Positions 20,480 through 32,056 are shown, numbered from the stretch's first letter. The stretch: DNA of 64,000 nucleotides from an uncultured Verrucomicrobiae bacterium (GCA_963762565.1 CAVXLD010000010.1:64001-128000), one strand, 5' to 3'. The notes: a model not told the origin generated them from the letters alone. Program-made: numbers and translations.

Positions 20480-21499
20480 CTAGCTTCCTACAGTACCGGG
20501 TTTGCGAAGCGCTCTGCAAATCTGCCGGATGATCCCCGGGCCACGATAAATGAATCCTGTGTAGAGCTGGATCAGGTCAGCCCCGGCGTCAAAACGAGCC
20601 AAGGCGTCCGTTGGGTTCATGATTCCGCCCACAGAAATAACCGGCAATCGGGACTTGGTCTTAATGTATTTCAGAACTTCGCAAGAACGGTCCCGGAGGG
20701 GGGTACCGCTCAGTCCTCCTTGGGTTCGCCTTGGAGACGGGATCCCGGAATGATCGATTGTGGTGTTGGTCGCAACAATGCCGGAAATGCCCTTCGAGTC
20801 AGCGACAGCAAGAATATCGTCGATTTCTTGCCAGGTTAGATCTGGCGCAATCTTAAGCAATAGAGGCGTCTGACTGAGCTCCTGGCGAAGGGTGGCGCAA
20901 AGCGGACCCAGAGCGGCCGGGTCCTGCAGCGACCTCAACCCCGGGGTGTTAGGCGAACTCACATTCAGAACAAAGTAGTCACCGTGATCCCGCAACAGGC
21001 GCAATGACTTAAGATAATCCTCAACTGCGTTTTCGAGGGGAACGACTTTTGATTTCCCGATATTGATTCCAACCGGGATCGCCGGCCATCGCGCGCTTTG
21101 GCGCAATCTTTGTAAGTGTTCCGCTATCGCGGCTGCTCCCCGGTTATTGAACCCTAATCGATTAATGATCGCCTCAGCTTCAGGCACTCGAAACATTCGA
21201 GGTTTCGGATTGCCGGGCTGCGCTACCGCCGTCACGGTGCCAATTTCAACCGATCCAAACCCAAGAGCGGCCAACGCCGGTATCGCGATCCCGTTCTTAT
21301 CAAAGCCCGCTGCCAACCCGACTGGATTCGGGAAACTCAAACCGAAGACTTCCCGCCGGAGCGGCGCCTCCCGCCTTTCTCGATTGAGCGACGGAAGTGA
21401 GGAAGCCAGGCTTAGGGCGTGCAGCGCCAATTCGTGAACTTTTTCCGGATCGACGAGAAACAGCAGCGGTCTAAGGAGGTCTTCGTATGCGGAGAACAC
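20480..21499 (-). CDS. pyrD: Quinone-dependent dihydroorotate dehydrogenase
   Basis: GLAAGFDKN, INRLGFNN, NVSSPNTPGLR, KIAPD and GGLSG. Confidence 0.97.
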   Translation of the reverse strand: MFSAYEDLLRPLLFLVDPEKVHELALHALSLASSLPSLNRERREAPLRREVFGLSFPNPVGLAAGFDKNGIAIPALAALGFGSVEIGTVTAVAQPGNPKPRMFRVPEAEAIINRLGFNNRGAAAIAEHLQRLRQSARWPAIPVGINIGKSKVVPLENAVEDYLKSLRLLRDHGDYFVLNVSSPNTPGLRSLQDPAALGPLCATLRQELSQTPLLLKIAPDLTWQEIDDILAVADSKGISGIVATNTTIDHSGIPSPRRTQGGLSGTPLRDRSCEVLKYIKTKSRLPVISVGGIMNPTDALARFDAGADLIQLYTGFIYRGPGIIRQICRALRKPGTVGS

Positions 21500-21623
21500 A
21501 GGGAATAGGATAAAGGAGTTGCAGGAGTTACAGGAGTTCAGAATCTGCGTCCATCTGCGTTCATTTCACCCCGGAGAATTTTGGGGCTGCGGTTAAAGAT
21601 TCTTATTCGTGTCCATTCGTGGT

Positions 21624-22955
21624 CTATTTCCCGATACAGAACTCGCTGAAGATCCGGCCGAGAAGATCCTCGGTATCATGCCGCCCGATCACATCGCCGA
21701 TGGCATCGAGCGCGCCTCGGAGCTCGATCGAAATCAGCTCGGGTAATTGGTTGTTTGCCAAGCCCGCTTTCGCTGCTTCGACTTCCGTAATCGCCTTTTG
21801 CAGACATGCTTGATGGCGGACACTAATGGCAATTCGAAAATCCTGACCGCTAAAACCCCCGGCCATCACAAAATCCCAGATCGCTTGACTTAGAGATTCC
21901 TCCCCTTCCCTGGTCCGGCAGGAAAACCTGACACCGGAGCTGGACACCCAATCGGGGTGTACCCCTAAGTCGATCTTATTCAACACCAGGATACGCTCTC
22001 GCTCGCTCCCGCCCGTTGTCCCGGGCAAACTAGCGTCCACCACCTCCAGCACTAGATCCGCTTGAGCCAATTGGAGCTCAGTCCGGCGAATGCCTTCCTG
22101 TTCGATGCTGTCTTTGGATGAACGCTTACCCGCTGTATCAATTAATCGAACCGGGATACCTCTAACATTGATCGTTTCCTCGATGGTGTCGCGAGTGGTG
22201 CCGGGGGTTTCACTCACGATTGCTCGATCGTAACCCAAAAGCAGATTGAGCAGGCTGGATTTCCCAACGTTAGGTTCACCGTAAATGACCGTCCGCAACC
22301 CATGACGCAGAATTCTACCTTGATCGGCAGTAGCAACCAGCCTGGCTAAACTCCCACCGGTCTCTTCCAGGCGATCGAACAGCATCTTACCGGTCTCAGG
22401 GGAGATCCCTTCATCCGGGAAATCGATATAAGCCTCGATATGCGCGAGCGTTGTTAGCAGCTGATCCTGGATATCGATGAGCTCGCGTCCCAAATAACCA
22501 GCTAGTTGTTCGTTAGCAGCCCGCAACGCCAACTCGGTCTGAGCCCGGATCAAATCCATGACCGCTTCGGCTTGCGTCAGATCCATTTTACCGTTCAGGA
22601 AGGCGCGTTGCGTGAATTCACCAGGCTCCGCCGAGCGTGCCCCGGCGTTTAGCAGTAGCGAGAAAATCTTGCCGGTTACTAAGACACCGCCGTGGCAACT
22701 TACTTCGACGAGGTCCTCTCCGGTATAACTGTGCGGACCCCGGAAGGTAATGATCAGCACTTGGTCGATAACACCGCTACCGTCATAGATCTCCCCGAAA
22801 TAGCTCCGCCGAGGCTCCATTTTTTCCGGAGCGATAGACCCGCGAAATATCCGGGCTACCACAATTACTGCGTCGGGCCCGGATACCCGTAGAACCGCGA
22901 TTGCGCCTTCCCCAACTGGAGTCGAAATAGCAGCAATGGTGTCGTCGAGGAGCAT
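21624..22955 (-). CDS. mnmE: tRNA modification GTPase
   Basis: [29 protein letters not shown] and terminal FCIGK. Confidence 0.98.
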   Translation of the reverse strand: MLLDDTIAAISTPVGEGAIAVLRVSGPDAVIVVARIFRGSIAPEKMEPRRSYFGEIYDGSGVIDQVLIITFRGPHSYTGEDLVEVSCHGGVLVTGKIFSLLLNAGARSAEPGEFTQRAFLNGKMDLTQAEAVMDLIRAQTELALRAANEQLAGYLGRELIDIQDQLLTTLAHIEAYIDFPDEGISPETGKMLFDRLEETGGSLARLVATADQGRILRHGLRTVIYGEPNVGKSSLLNLLLGYDRAIVSETPGTTRDTIEETINVRGIPVRLIDTAGKRSSKDSIEQEGIRRTELQLAQADLVLEVVDASLPGTTGGSERERILVLNKIDLGVHPDWVSSSGVRFSCRTREGEESLSQAIWDFVMAGGFSGQDFRIAISVRHQACLQKAITEVEAAKAGLANNQLPELISIELRGALDAIGDVIGRHDTEDLLGRIFSEFCIGK

Positions 22956-22964
22956 AGATCAATT

Positions 22965-23575
22965 TTCACAGCAAGATCACAAAGATAGAAACAAAAACAG
23001 AAATAGGATCCGCAGTCCCGAAATCCTCCGGGATAAAATTACACAGATTACGCAGATTTCGGTTTGAGGCCGAGAGAAGATGGCGGGTATTTTGAGATAG
23101 CTCTAGCCCGTGTTCGATGCCTTCGAAAACTGGATCAAGGCACAGCACGTTCACTGGGCCGCGGGCCTGAACTCGATCTCTTGAATATTCTCAAGGGCGA
23201 TGAAGCGTGGTACCCCATTCTTCGTGTAGATGATCATAAAAGACGGGATATCCGGATCCACTTCCTCAGGAATAGGAGGCAGGTCAACGAAGTCGGGATG
23301 ATTGACGGAAAAGCGACTGCCGGAGCCGGTAACGATGACAAACGGCGAAAACGCGTCCGGCCTGATGATATCCGCAATCTCTTCTCTTGTCACGAGCCAG
23401 ACATTAGGCAGCAATTCGAGAAAAGTAAACACATTCATTTATTGTTAGGAAGACCCATCTTCCGACACGAACTGAAGGAACGAAACCTAAATTCACAGCA
23501 AGATCACAAAGGTCACAAAGATAGGACCAAAAACAGAAATAGGATCCGCAGATTACACGGATTACGCAGATTTCG
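22965..23575. repeat. Direct-repeat pair (22965-23061, 23492-23575) flanking a small gene
   Basis: ttcacagcaagatcacaaag...aaaaacagaaataggatccgcag...attacac.gattacgcagatttcg occurs twice. Confidence 0.8.
23151..23393 (-). CDS. Small hypothetical protein
   Basis: TREEIADII...FSPFVIVTGSGSRFSVNHPDFV pattern looks protein-like; GTG at 23393 preferred over 23438. Confidence 0.65.
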   Translation of the reverse strand: MTREEIADIIRPDAFSPFVIVTGSGSRFSVNHPDFVDLPPIPEEVDPDIPSFMIIYTKNGVPRFIALENIQEIEFRPAAQ

Positions 23576-23836
23576 ATGTACGGCCCAGCGAAGTCTTCCC
23601 GAGTCAGTCTGCCGTCGGCTTCGGTCCACTTTCGGAAGTCGAAAAGACAAATTTAAATCGCAGCAAGACCGCGAAGACCACAAGGACGAAACGGGATAGT
23701 TGCAGCAACAGACGCCGACATCTTCCCCAGCAGCCGCATGCTTTAAGCTTAACGGCAGACCAAAATCCTAGACCGAAATCTGTGTAATCTGTGGATAATT
23801 ATCTCTTTGCGTTCTTTGCGATCCTTCGCGGCTATT

Positions 23837-24940
23837 TCATTCAGCCATCACCGCGTCCAGATCCTCAAAGAATCTGCGGTTCTGTTCCATGGTGCCAACA
23901 CTAACGCGGATCCATTCGGGTAATTTGTATTCGCCCGTGGCGCGCACGATCGTACCGCGCCGCAGGAGTTTCTCGAAGATCGCTTTTCCGTCACCGACTT
24001 TGACCAGCACGAAATTGGCCGAGCTCGGGACGTATTCAAGACCGCGTTTCTCGAATTCAGCCTGAAGGAACGCCACACCCTCCAAGGTCAGAGCTCGAGT
24101 TTTTTCCTGGTGTTCGTCGTCCTGCAGACCGGCGATAGCGCCAACTTGCGCAATGGCGTTGGCATTAAAGGGCTGCCGGGTTTTAGCCACCACTTTGATC
24201 AACTCTGGATTCGCCAACCCGTAACCGATCCGCAAACTGGCGAGGCCCTGGATCTTGGAAAAGGTACGCAACAAGATCACGTTACCGGTCTCATGGACGT
24301 ACCGCAGAGTATCAGGAGGGTTCGGCAGAAACTCGTAGTAGGCTTCATCCAGCACAATCCCCACGTTCGAGGGAACCTCTTTCACCAGGCGATCAAGCTC
24401 GGCAGTCCCAACCATGGTACCGGTCGGATTATTAGGGTTGGCGACGTAAATTAGCTTAGTCCGAGGTGTAATCGCCCGGACCATAGCGTCTATGTCTGCG
24501 GTTAAGCCCGGATCAGGCACTTCAATTGCCGAGGCGCCGAACAGATGCGCCATGAGCTTGTAGATTACGAACGCATGATCTGCCACCACAATATTGTCCC
24601 CTGGAGTCAGGAAAGCGTGCCCCATGAACTCGATGATTTCGTTGGAACCGTTGCCGAGGGCCACGTTAGAAATATCGAGCCCAAATTTTTGCGCGATCGC
24701 TTTACGCAAATGATACCCTCCCCCGTCGGGATAGAAATGCGCATTGGTTAATGCCTGAGTCATCGCCGCTACGGCTTTAGGCGAAGGACCGATCGGGTTT
24801 TCGTTTGAAGCCAGCTTTACGATCCTCTCTGGAGGTAGACCTAGCTCGCGGGCAACATCATCGATTGGTTTTCCCGGGATATAAGAAACGATGTCGTTCA
24901 GCCAGGGGTTCGCACGGGCAATCAAATCGGAGGTAACCAT
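23837..24940 (-). CDS. hisC: Histidinol-phosphate aminotransferase
   Basis: KLASNENP, NPNNPTG, DEAY and RTFSKIQGLASLRIGY. Confidence 0.95.
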   Translation of the reverse strand: MVTSDLIARANPWLNDIVSYIPGKPIDDVARELGLPPERIVKLASNENPIGPSPKAVAAMTQALTNAHFYPDGGGYHLRKAIAQKFGLDISNVALGNGSNEIIEFMGHAFLTPGDNIVVADHAFVIYKLMAHLFGASAIEVPDPGLTADIDAMVRAITPRTKLIYVANPNNPTGTMVGTAELDRLVKEVPSNVGIVLDEAYYEFLPNPPDTLRYVHETGNVILLRTFSKIQGLASLRIGYGLANPELIKVVAKTRQPFNANAIAQVGAIAGLQDDEHQEKTRALTLEGVAFLQAEFEKRGLEYVPSSANFVLVKVGDGKAIFEKLLRRGTIVRATGEYKLPEWIRVSVGTMEQNRRFFEDLDAVMAE

Positions 24941-24943
24941 TTT

Positions 24944-24985
24944 GGAGTGAGAAGTGAGAGGTGAGAAGTGAGAGGTGAGAGGTGA
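24944..24985. repeat. Heptamer tandem repeat GA(G/A)GTGA x6 directly upstream of hisC start
   Basis: Read directly; same unit as the array inside mutS. Confidence 0.9.
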
Positions 24986-25159
24986 TCAAATCGGCCCGAA
25001 CCATGGGAAAAAACTAACCCGGGAACCGGCGTTAGGCAACCTCAGAGCGAGTACAGGCGGAAAACGTCGGCCAGGTTATTTATGGCGGACAGGGCGCAAC
25101 CAATTCAAATGAACCCCGATTCCTTTGCGGCCAGCCGTAAATATGGTTTAGTTGCGGAT

Positions 25160-25245
25160 CATGAGGACCATGCTAGAGCTTCCAGATGAGCTTTTTCGCT
25201 CTGCGAAGGCTCGAGCTGCCCAGCAGGGCATTAGTTTACGAGGCT
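25160..25245 (+). pseudogene. Truncated RHH-type antitoxin fragment
   Basis: MRTMLELPDELFRSAKARAAQQGISLR resembles an RHH antitoxin N-terminus; similarity then stops. Confidence 0.55.
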
Positions 25246-25369
25246 CGCGTAGAGCGAGTTGCTTTCGGCTCGACTGGCTAAAACCGGACGACTTGCCGAT
25301 GTATTACATCGGCTGTAGAAACACAATATATGCCGGCTAGCAAACGGAAAACGAAAGAGCCATCCGGTA

Positions 25370-25885
25370 AATGCGTTACCATCTACTTGGACAAGGCGCT
25401 TTACCGTCAATTTCTGCACAAGGCTTTAGCCGTAAGTCGACGGTTGGTAAGATCATCAAGGAGAGCTCTTGGAGAAAGAAAATGCTGGGCTCTCCTTGTA
25501 TGACCGACTAGAACATCTGATTGGCCGAGTTAATGGACCGTCCGATCTGGGCACGAATCCAAAGTACTTGCATGGGTTCGGAGAAGATCTGAACTGGTTT
25601 GCAAGAATGAGAACGATTATCGCCGATACCGGTCCGATAGTCGCAATGTTGAATCGGCGCGATCAATTCCACATTGGGCAGCCGATAGTTTGAAGACTAT
25701 TCAAGAACCTTTGCAACGTGCGAGGCGGTGTTAACGGAGGTTTTTTTCGACTCTCACACGTGCCGACGCGGCAAGACAGCTACTTGATCTTTTGACGGAA
25801 CCTGACGTGATTGTCCTCAACTGGCGACTCGACAACAATCGAGTGCAGATTAAGCGATATTGAAGAAATATGCTGACACTCGCCA
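25370..25885 (+). pseudogene. Decayed vapBC-type toxin-antitoxin pair
   Basis: Antitoxin-like LYDRLEHLIGRVNGPSDLGTNPKYLHGFG, then PIN-like MRTIIADTGPIVAMLNRRDQFH..TCEAVLTE..KKYAD spread over several frames. Confidence 0.75.
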
Positions 25886-26246
25886 GTTTTGCCGACACCT
25901 GCCCGGTGTCGATTGCTGCATCTTCGTCTTCACATTGTCTGGACACCACCGCCATTTTGAGATTACCGGTTGCCGGGCGGAAAAGAATTCCGCTTCTCGT
26001 TCCGGAACGCTTACAATGAGCGTATCGGGGGCTGTTCGCGAATACCGGGCCCCAAATAACAAAGCAAAATCGAGCAGCGGAGAATTGCAGTGTCGGAGCA
26101 GTGGATTACTGGAAGGCGACGAACCTTGGCTTTTATTCGCGTAACTTCGTGTCCATTAGCGGTCCCTTTTTGCGATCTTTGCTCTCTTCCGCCTTCGCCA
26201 AGCCAGCGGCGCGACAGGTTTTTGCGGCTATTTCCGTCTTCCGCCT

Positions 26247-27124
26247 TCAATCGCTAGACTGCGGACTCGGTGACGGAAAATCCGCAGTCACTTCCTGACG
26301 CACAATCCGGACATCCAGAATGTTTGGCGTTACCGGAGGGATTTTCTCGCCGGTAAGCAACGCGTAATCAGGGACGATTCGCAATCCTGGGCTCCAGGTC
26401 GATGGCGTTGCTGGTGGGGTCGAATCTTTACCCAAAGCGATAACGCCACCCGTTAAGGTGACATTGGGTGACGCAATTACCTTAGCTGGGTCTGATAAGA
26501 CCGGAGATGATGACGGCATGGACGTTGGAGAAGCCAGGAGGCGGATTTCGCCCACTGGTTTTAGCGACTGGCGGGGTCACCATGGAACCCGCCAGACTCG
26601 TGCCTACCCGTGAACACAGTCTGGCCAGTTAACACACTCCATTCTTTGAAACTGGGTGATAAAGCTGACCACGTTCATAGATTACGCACATAGACCCCAG
26701 AACCCGAGATCTGAAATTGCGACATCGGATTGTAAAAGGAAAATGTGCCGTCGTTAGGATCGTCGACAGTCCTGAGCTATCGCCGGATCTCGACGTGCTA
26801 AATGGCAATTCGTGTCACCGACCGACACCACGATCCGAAGACGTGGATTGCTAGAAATACTTGGGCCGCTCCCATCAATTCCTCCGTCGACGAGAACCAC
26901 ACAGGAACCAGTAGTCAAGGGTTATTGTTCCTTGATCCAAGCAAATATCTGTGAGCCGTTCGCGCGCGCTTCAACATTAATAGTCGTACTCGCATCGCAG
27001 TCTTGTACGTACATTCCGGCGTCACGATCCAGAGCAAAGGCACGGTCAACAATAACCTGCGCAAACTGCTACAGCGACAAAATCGGAGCCAGCAACACCG
27101 TCTCCAAGGTTCCGGACACTTCAT
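26247..27124 (-). pseudogene. Fragmented gene for a probably exported protein; intact C-terminal piece 26247-26555
   Basis: Protein-like stretches in shifting frames with an in-frame TAG; C-terminus PNILDVRIVRQEVTADFP is repeated at 31768-31850. Confidence 0.4.
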
Positions 27125-27256
27125 AAATAGTTTTCTATTGCCATCGATTGCCATTCCGGTTTCAAGCCTTCGCAACAACTTCTATGAAGTTTTTTCCCGG
27201 TCGCTGTGGGCTGCACCCAATTGCTTCCAAGAAGGCCACATCCCTAGGTAGAAAAC

Positions 27257-27284
27257 AAAAACGCCGGGCAGTGGCCCGGCGTTT
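27257..27284 (-). terminator. Rho-independent terminator after TBDR1
   Basis: aaacgccgggc-N4-gcccggcgttt hairpin with U-tract on minus strand. Confidence 0.85.
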
Positions 27285-27319
27285 CGTAGAACAGCTTGTA
27301 CCTCTTCTAAAGGCTAAGG

Positions 27320-30228
27320 TTAAAACTTCTTCTCGATCTCCACGTAGAAGTAACGCTGAAAAGCGTTCGTGACCTGGGTATCAAATCCTTCCGTAGTGGC
27401 ATCAGAAAACGGAGGCCGGGTATCAAAAATATTGTTGATACCGAATACCAGCTTGGTGCCGGCCAACCAGGTACGAATACCACCAGTGCGAGCCTCCGGA
27501 ACCGGAGCGACCGCTTTTTCACCAACGACCCGTTTGCCTTCCTTGTTATACCCGGGTTTCGGTGTTTCGGGAGTCACTATCTCGGGCTTACCGAATTCAT
27601 AACTGATCTGCCAATCGAAGGTCAGCCAGTTGCCCACGACGTGGGTCTGAGTGAAACCGGTCTCTGCCACCAATTGAGGGATCGTCAACCCCTCCGATTG
27701 GAAATCGCTACCGTTACCGTCATGTTCGGAGTCGACGAAATTTAGGGTCAACCCGGTCTTGAACGTGTCTACGCCGAAGAGGGTTTTCGAATAAAAGATA
27801 CTCGCCACCATCTTGAAGTCGGGAGTGGTGAAGGAATCAGTAATATTGAAAACCGGAGCGTTCCGCACAAACTGCTCAGAGGAGTAATAGATCCAGGACG
27901 CATCAAGTTCGCCAGTCAGTTTCCCCCAGCTATACTCTTTGGTCGCGTAGCTCGCCCCAAAGTCGACCACATCAACCAAGAGGTTCCCTAGATTCTCTAA
28001 CGGATCATCAACGGTGGTAATCGTACCGCTCGAATCCCGGTGAACGAAGCCGGGAAATTCGGTGGGGTTATTGACCACGTCCTGCGCCGGAATTTGGCCA
28101 ATGAGACTGTTTTTTGTGATTTGGATCCAGTCGACGTAGGCGGTAAACCCGTTGGCCCATCCCCACCAGCTATGTTCCGGGTCTGCGCTTCCAGGGCTCC
28201 AGACCACCCCAGCATAATAGCTGTAACCGGTTTCCGGCTTTAGCTTAGGATTGCCTACGGTCACAATCCCTACTTCGGGTTGGGTCTGGGTAACAGGATC
28301 CACTACGAAAGTGAATGCTTCCAAAGGCCCGGTATATAGCTCTTCAACTGAGGGCGCCCGAAAGCTTTCGGAATAGCTAGCCCGGAAGGTCAGATCATCG
28401 AAAGGTTTGTAACGGATCGAGATCTTCGGTTTAGCGGCGTCGCCAAAGGAGCTATAGGAATCGTAACGTTCGGACAAGTCTACTTCTAGTAAGCGCATAC
28501 CTGGCCAGGACCACTGGCCACCAAAGATCGGGATGATGAGCTGTCCATAAGCGCTCTTGACGTAATCGTTACCGATCGCGTTTTGTTTAAACCCGCTCGC
28601 AGTGATGTTCCCGATAATGTAATTCGGATCGTTTCTTTCGAGGTAATTATCCGAGCGGTATTCCAAGCCGCCACCCACGGTAAAAGCCCCAGAAGGGAGA
28701 TAAAACAAATCGCCACCAGCACGAACTGTCCACTGAACCAAGTTCGTACTCGCTTCTGTGTTCGCGGTGTACCGGAGCGCCTTTATGAACTGCTGGTTAG
28801 GATTGAGGTTGGTATCAATGAATGGATTCAGAGAATTGACCGGTGAGACCCGGCAGCGTGCCGGACAAAGCCTCGTTCAAACGAGAATCCAAGGTAGCAT
28901 TATAGTTTGTCATGGTGGCATCGCTCTCGGAATAAAGAAAACTGGCATCCAAGAAGAAATTGTTCGGCAAGTTAATCAGCCGAATGCCCCCGACGTTGCG
29001 ATACGTGTTAATGACTGATTCGACTTTGCGTTGACCCAGGTTCAGTAAGCGACCAAACCAATCGAGCGGCTCACCAAAAGGATTGAAGGGGTTGTTCGTC
29101 GGTACAACGACCCCGTCGGTATTGGTGATCGGCGAGGCCGTGAAGTTGGCGAACTCGTCCTGACGCTGATAGAGGAAATCGTCGTAAAGCTGGACAAATT
29201 TAAACGGCTGGAAAGTCATTTTTTCGTAGGTGCCAATTCTTTGCTCCCGAGGAATGAGTTCGACGCCCGGAACGGTATTATAAAGGTTGAAGGCGACGTT
29301 AGTAACGAAGTTCGCTGGTGTAACAATCGGTCCAGCCGTCCCGGGAATCAGCGAGTAGAGATTGCCGGTGTTTACGCCGATGAAATTGCCCGCCGGAGTT
29401 CGAGCGGACTGAAGGTCGCTGTATTGGGGGCTCAACAGCGAATGGTTCACGTTACTGGAGTAGGGGCGATCGACTGCCAGAATTGGGCTGGTCTCGTCGT
29501 AATCGAAGGAGGCAACAATGCTCAGTTTCGAGTCATCGCTCCAAAGCTTCTGCGAAATCCCGGCGGTTAGCTGGACGTGGTCCTCTTCGTAGTCGCCGCG
29601 CTGGCTGATACCGTAATGATACCGGATATCAGCGCCGTTGTATTCGTCCTTCATCAGGACGTTGATGACGCCGGCGATAGCATCCGAACCATAAATCGAG
29701 CTTGCGCCGTCCTTCAGAATCTCGATGCGATCGACAGCTGATAGCGGGATCGTATTCAGGTCAACAAAGGGTTCGAAACCGTTTTGTGGGAAACGGCCCG
29801 TTCGTCAGGCGAAACCCGTCGATTAAGACCAGGGTAGAACTGAAACCAACCCCATAAAGGTTCGCAGTCGAGCCTCCAGGCGAAAAACTCGCACCGGCGT
29901 TGACCATCTGAGTGAACGCGCCAGTGTTCTGCGGCAACTTCTGGATCACATCGGAGACCGTTTGGTCCCCCTGGTTTTCGATGAATGTTTGATCGATCGT
30001 AGCAACAGGCTGCGTACCTTCGCCGACACGCGGAACGATGTAACCGGTCACTGTGACTTGTTGCAACTGGCCTTGGTTCTCAATGCCAGTACCGGCGAGC
30101 GTTGATTCCGGTGTCGGAGTGGGACTAGGAGCTTGCGCCCGAAGGTTGCTGGTTAAAGCAAGCGTTAGCAAAAACCCAGCTGTGGCGACAAATCCCACAA
30201 CTGAGTGGAAACGTTTCTTAATTATCAT
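27320..30228 (-). CDS. TonB-dependent receptor 1 (two single-base frameshifts at ~29790 and ~28833)
   Basis: Signal peptide, TonB box LQQVTVTG, plug DLNTIPLSAVDRIEILKDG, terminal EKKF; three ORF pieces join colinearly with paralogs. Confidence 0.9.
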
Positions 30229-30417
30229 TGTTTTGATCCTTGGATTCTCCGAGAAGCCATCTCTCGAGGTGGCCACCCGCGAAAATGGCGGACAGAGACA
30301 GACCAGACCTTCCGCCACGGCGACCCTGATTAGTCGCAACGGCTTCTGCTAGTGAAAGGACTGACTAATTCCCCTGCCAATCGTCTGCCGCCCGTTTTGC
30401 AAAAAAATCGTGATTTG

Positions 30418-30468
30418 GTCAAGACAATCATGAGCAATTTTTGAACGAATGATGCGGACTTCTGTCAC
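30418..30468 (-). promoter_or_regulatory. Conserved TBDR upstream motif, copy 1
   Basis: GTGACA-N16-GTTCAA-N17-CTTGAC on minus strand. Confidence 0.75.
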
Positions 30469-30514
30469 ACCGGTCTCGCAGAGCCGCGAAAAGGCACAAG
30501 AAACGCAAAATGGA

Positions 30515-30666
30515 CCGCGAATAAACGGTTAGCATCGCGCAGAGGGCGCAAAGGGCGCGGAGGTTTTAACCCGAAATTGAATGGGGTTAGATCCAGACTC
30601 GACTTCACCCCTTCCCTTTGCGTTCCTTGGCGTCCTTTGCGCGAGGATTTTGTTTGGTTGCGGCTC
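30515..30666. repeat. Direct repeat, left copy flanking TA module
   Basis: About 150 bp highly similar to 31558-31708; internally palindromic (gcgcaaagg/cctttgcgc). Confidence 0.88.
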
Positions 30667-30797
30667 CGTCGCGCTGCGCCTCTTTGCGGCGATTTTCTTT
30701 GGTCTATCGGCTTAGTTCCCCGCAGATACGTTAGGAACTCAGGAGTGCTGCAAAAACAGTTGAGAAAAGAGGCGTAGCGGCTACAAATTCGTAGCAC

Positions 30798-31049
30798 ATG
30801 AAAATAGCCACGGTACGAGAACTTCGCAATCGATACACGACGGTGCTAAAATGGATCGAAGCTGGGGAAGAAGTCGCCATCAGCCGTCGCGGCGTCATCA
30901 TCGCTCGCTTGGTTCCGGAAAAACACCAGCAAACTGATAAAGTTGACTGGGCGCAGAGCGCCGCTTTCCGGCGCGATCGATCCGGAGAACGTGTGTTAAC
31001 CGCGGAGGAAACCGCGGCTTTGCTGAGCGAAAACAAAGGGAACTGGTAA
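30798..31049 (+). CDS. Phd/YefM family antitoxin
   Basis: TVRELRN..VL..IEAGEEVAISRRG..IARLVP. Confidence 0.9.
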   Translation: MKIATVRELRNRYTTVLKWIEAGEEVAISRRGVIIARLVPEKHQQTDKVDWAQSAAFRRDRSGERVLTAEETAALLSENKGNW

Positions 31050-31053
31050 GCCC

Positions 31054-31487
31054 ATGCCGATCTGCTGCGATACAAGCTTCCTATTTGCGACGTACGCTAA
31101 CGATGTTCATACAAGGAAAGCGTTGTCTGAACTTAACCAGATTAGCAGAGCCATTCACATCTCGGTTCTGAACCAATTTGAATTTGAGAACGCGCTCCGT
31201 TTAGCGGCGTTTCGTAAGCTCTTACCGACTGGCAGCGTACTAAGCATCCTGGCAGATTTCGAAGCCGACTTTGGATCTGGCAAACTGATTCTGGCGCCTG
31301 TTAACCTCGCATCCGCAATCGCGGAAGCGCGGCGTTTATCGGCGCGTTACACGCTGAGACTGGGGCATCGGGCCTTCGACAATTACACATTGGCGCCGCC
31401 CTTAGCCTTCGGGCCACGACGTTCCTGTCTTTTGACGAACGCCAACGAAAATTGGCCGGTGCCGAAGGACTATTGGTGAAACCTTGA
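31054..31487 (+). CDS. vapC: VapC/PIN-domain toxin (frameshift at ~31382)
   Basis: DTSFL, EFENAL and HRAFD; adding one base gives LHIGAAL..FLSFDERQRKLAGAEGL ending at 31487. Confidence 0.85.
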
Positions 31488-31557
31488 CCGGATATCTCCT
31501 TGTGTAACTGAGGTTGCAGATCGAGCAAATCCGCGATGAATTTTAAGCTGCCATCGG

Positions 31558-31708
31558 CCGCGAATAACCGGGTTAGCATCGCGCAGGGGCGCAAAGGTCG
31601 CGGAGGTTTTGACCCGAAATTGAGTTGGGGTAGATCCGGACTCGACTCACCCCTTCACTTTGCGTTCCTTTGCGTCCTTTGCGCGAGGATTTTGTTTGGT
31701 TGCAGCTC
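31558..31708. repeat. Direct repeat, right copy flanking TA module
   Basis: Matches 30515-30666. Confidence 0.88.
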
Positions 31709-31767
31709 ACTTGCGCCCCCCTAGATGAACACGAACGCACTGAAAAAAAGGCGAACCGCTGGCTGCC

Positions 31768-31971
31768 TCAATTGTTAGCTTGAGGACTATTGGCCGGAAA
31801 ATCAGCCGTGACTTCTTGCCTGACAATACGGACGTCGATGATGTTCGGGTAACTGCTAGCTTCCGGAGCAAAGGACAACCACGCTGGTACAACAGCGACA
31901 GCGAACAGGTCAGGCCGTGGTCCGAACATTCCCTCGCCGGCCTTTTTATGGCAGACCAACTGGGCTGTCAA
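31768..31971 (-). pseudogene. Short ORF/remnant sharing its C-terminus with 26247-26555
   Basis: PNIIDVRIVRQEVTADFPANSPQ, with mostly synonymous differences from the other copy. Confidence 0.5.
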
Positions 31972-32030
31972 TAACTCGCCCGTTTTGTGTTGTTTAACAG
32001 CCGGAAGGCTTGCTCCATGATTTGAAACAG

Positions 32031-32056
32031 AACGCCGGGCGGAAGCCCGGCGTTTT
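32031..32056 (-). terminator. Terminator hairpin after TBDR2
   Basis: aacgccgggc-ggaa-gcccggcgtt; interrupted U-tract. Confidence 0.7.

Noticed and set aside
26915..27178. Cys-rich ORF as a RiPP precursor
   Set aside because: No modifying enzymes nearby; more likely an off-frame reading of a fragmented gene
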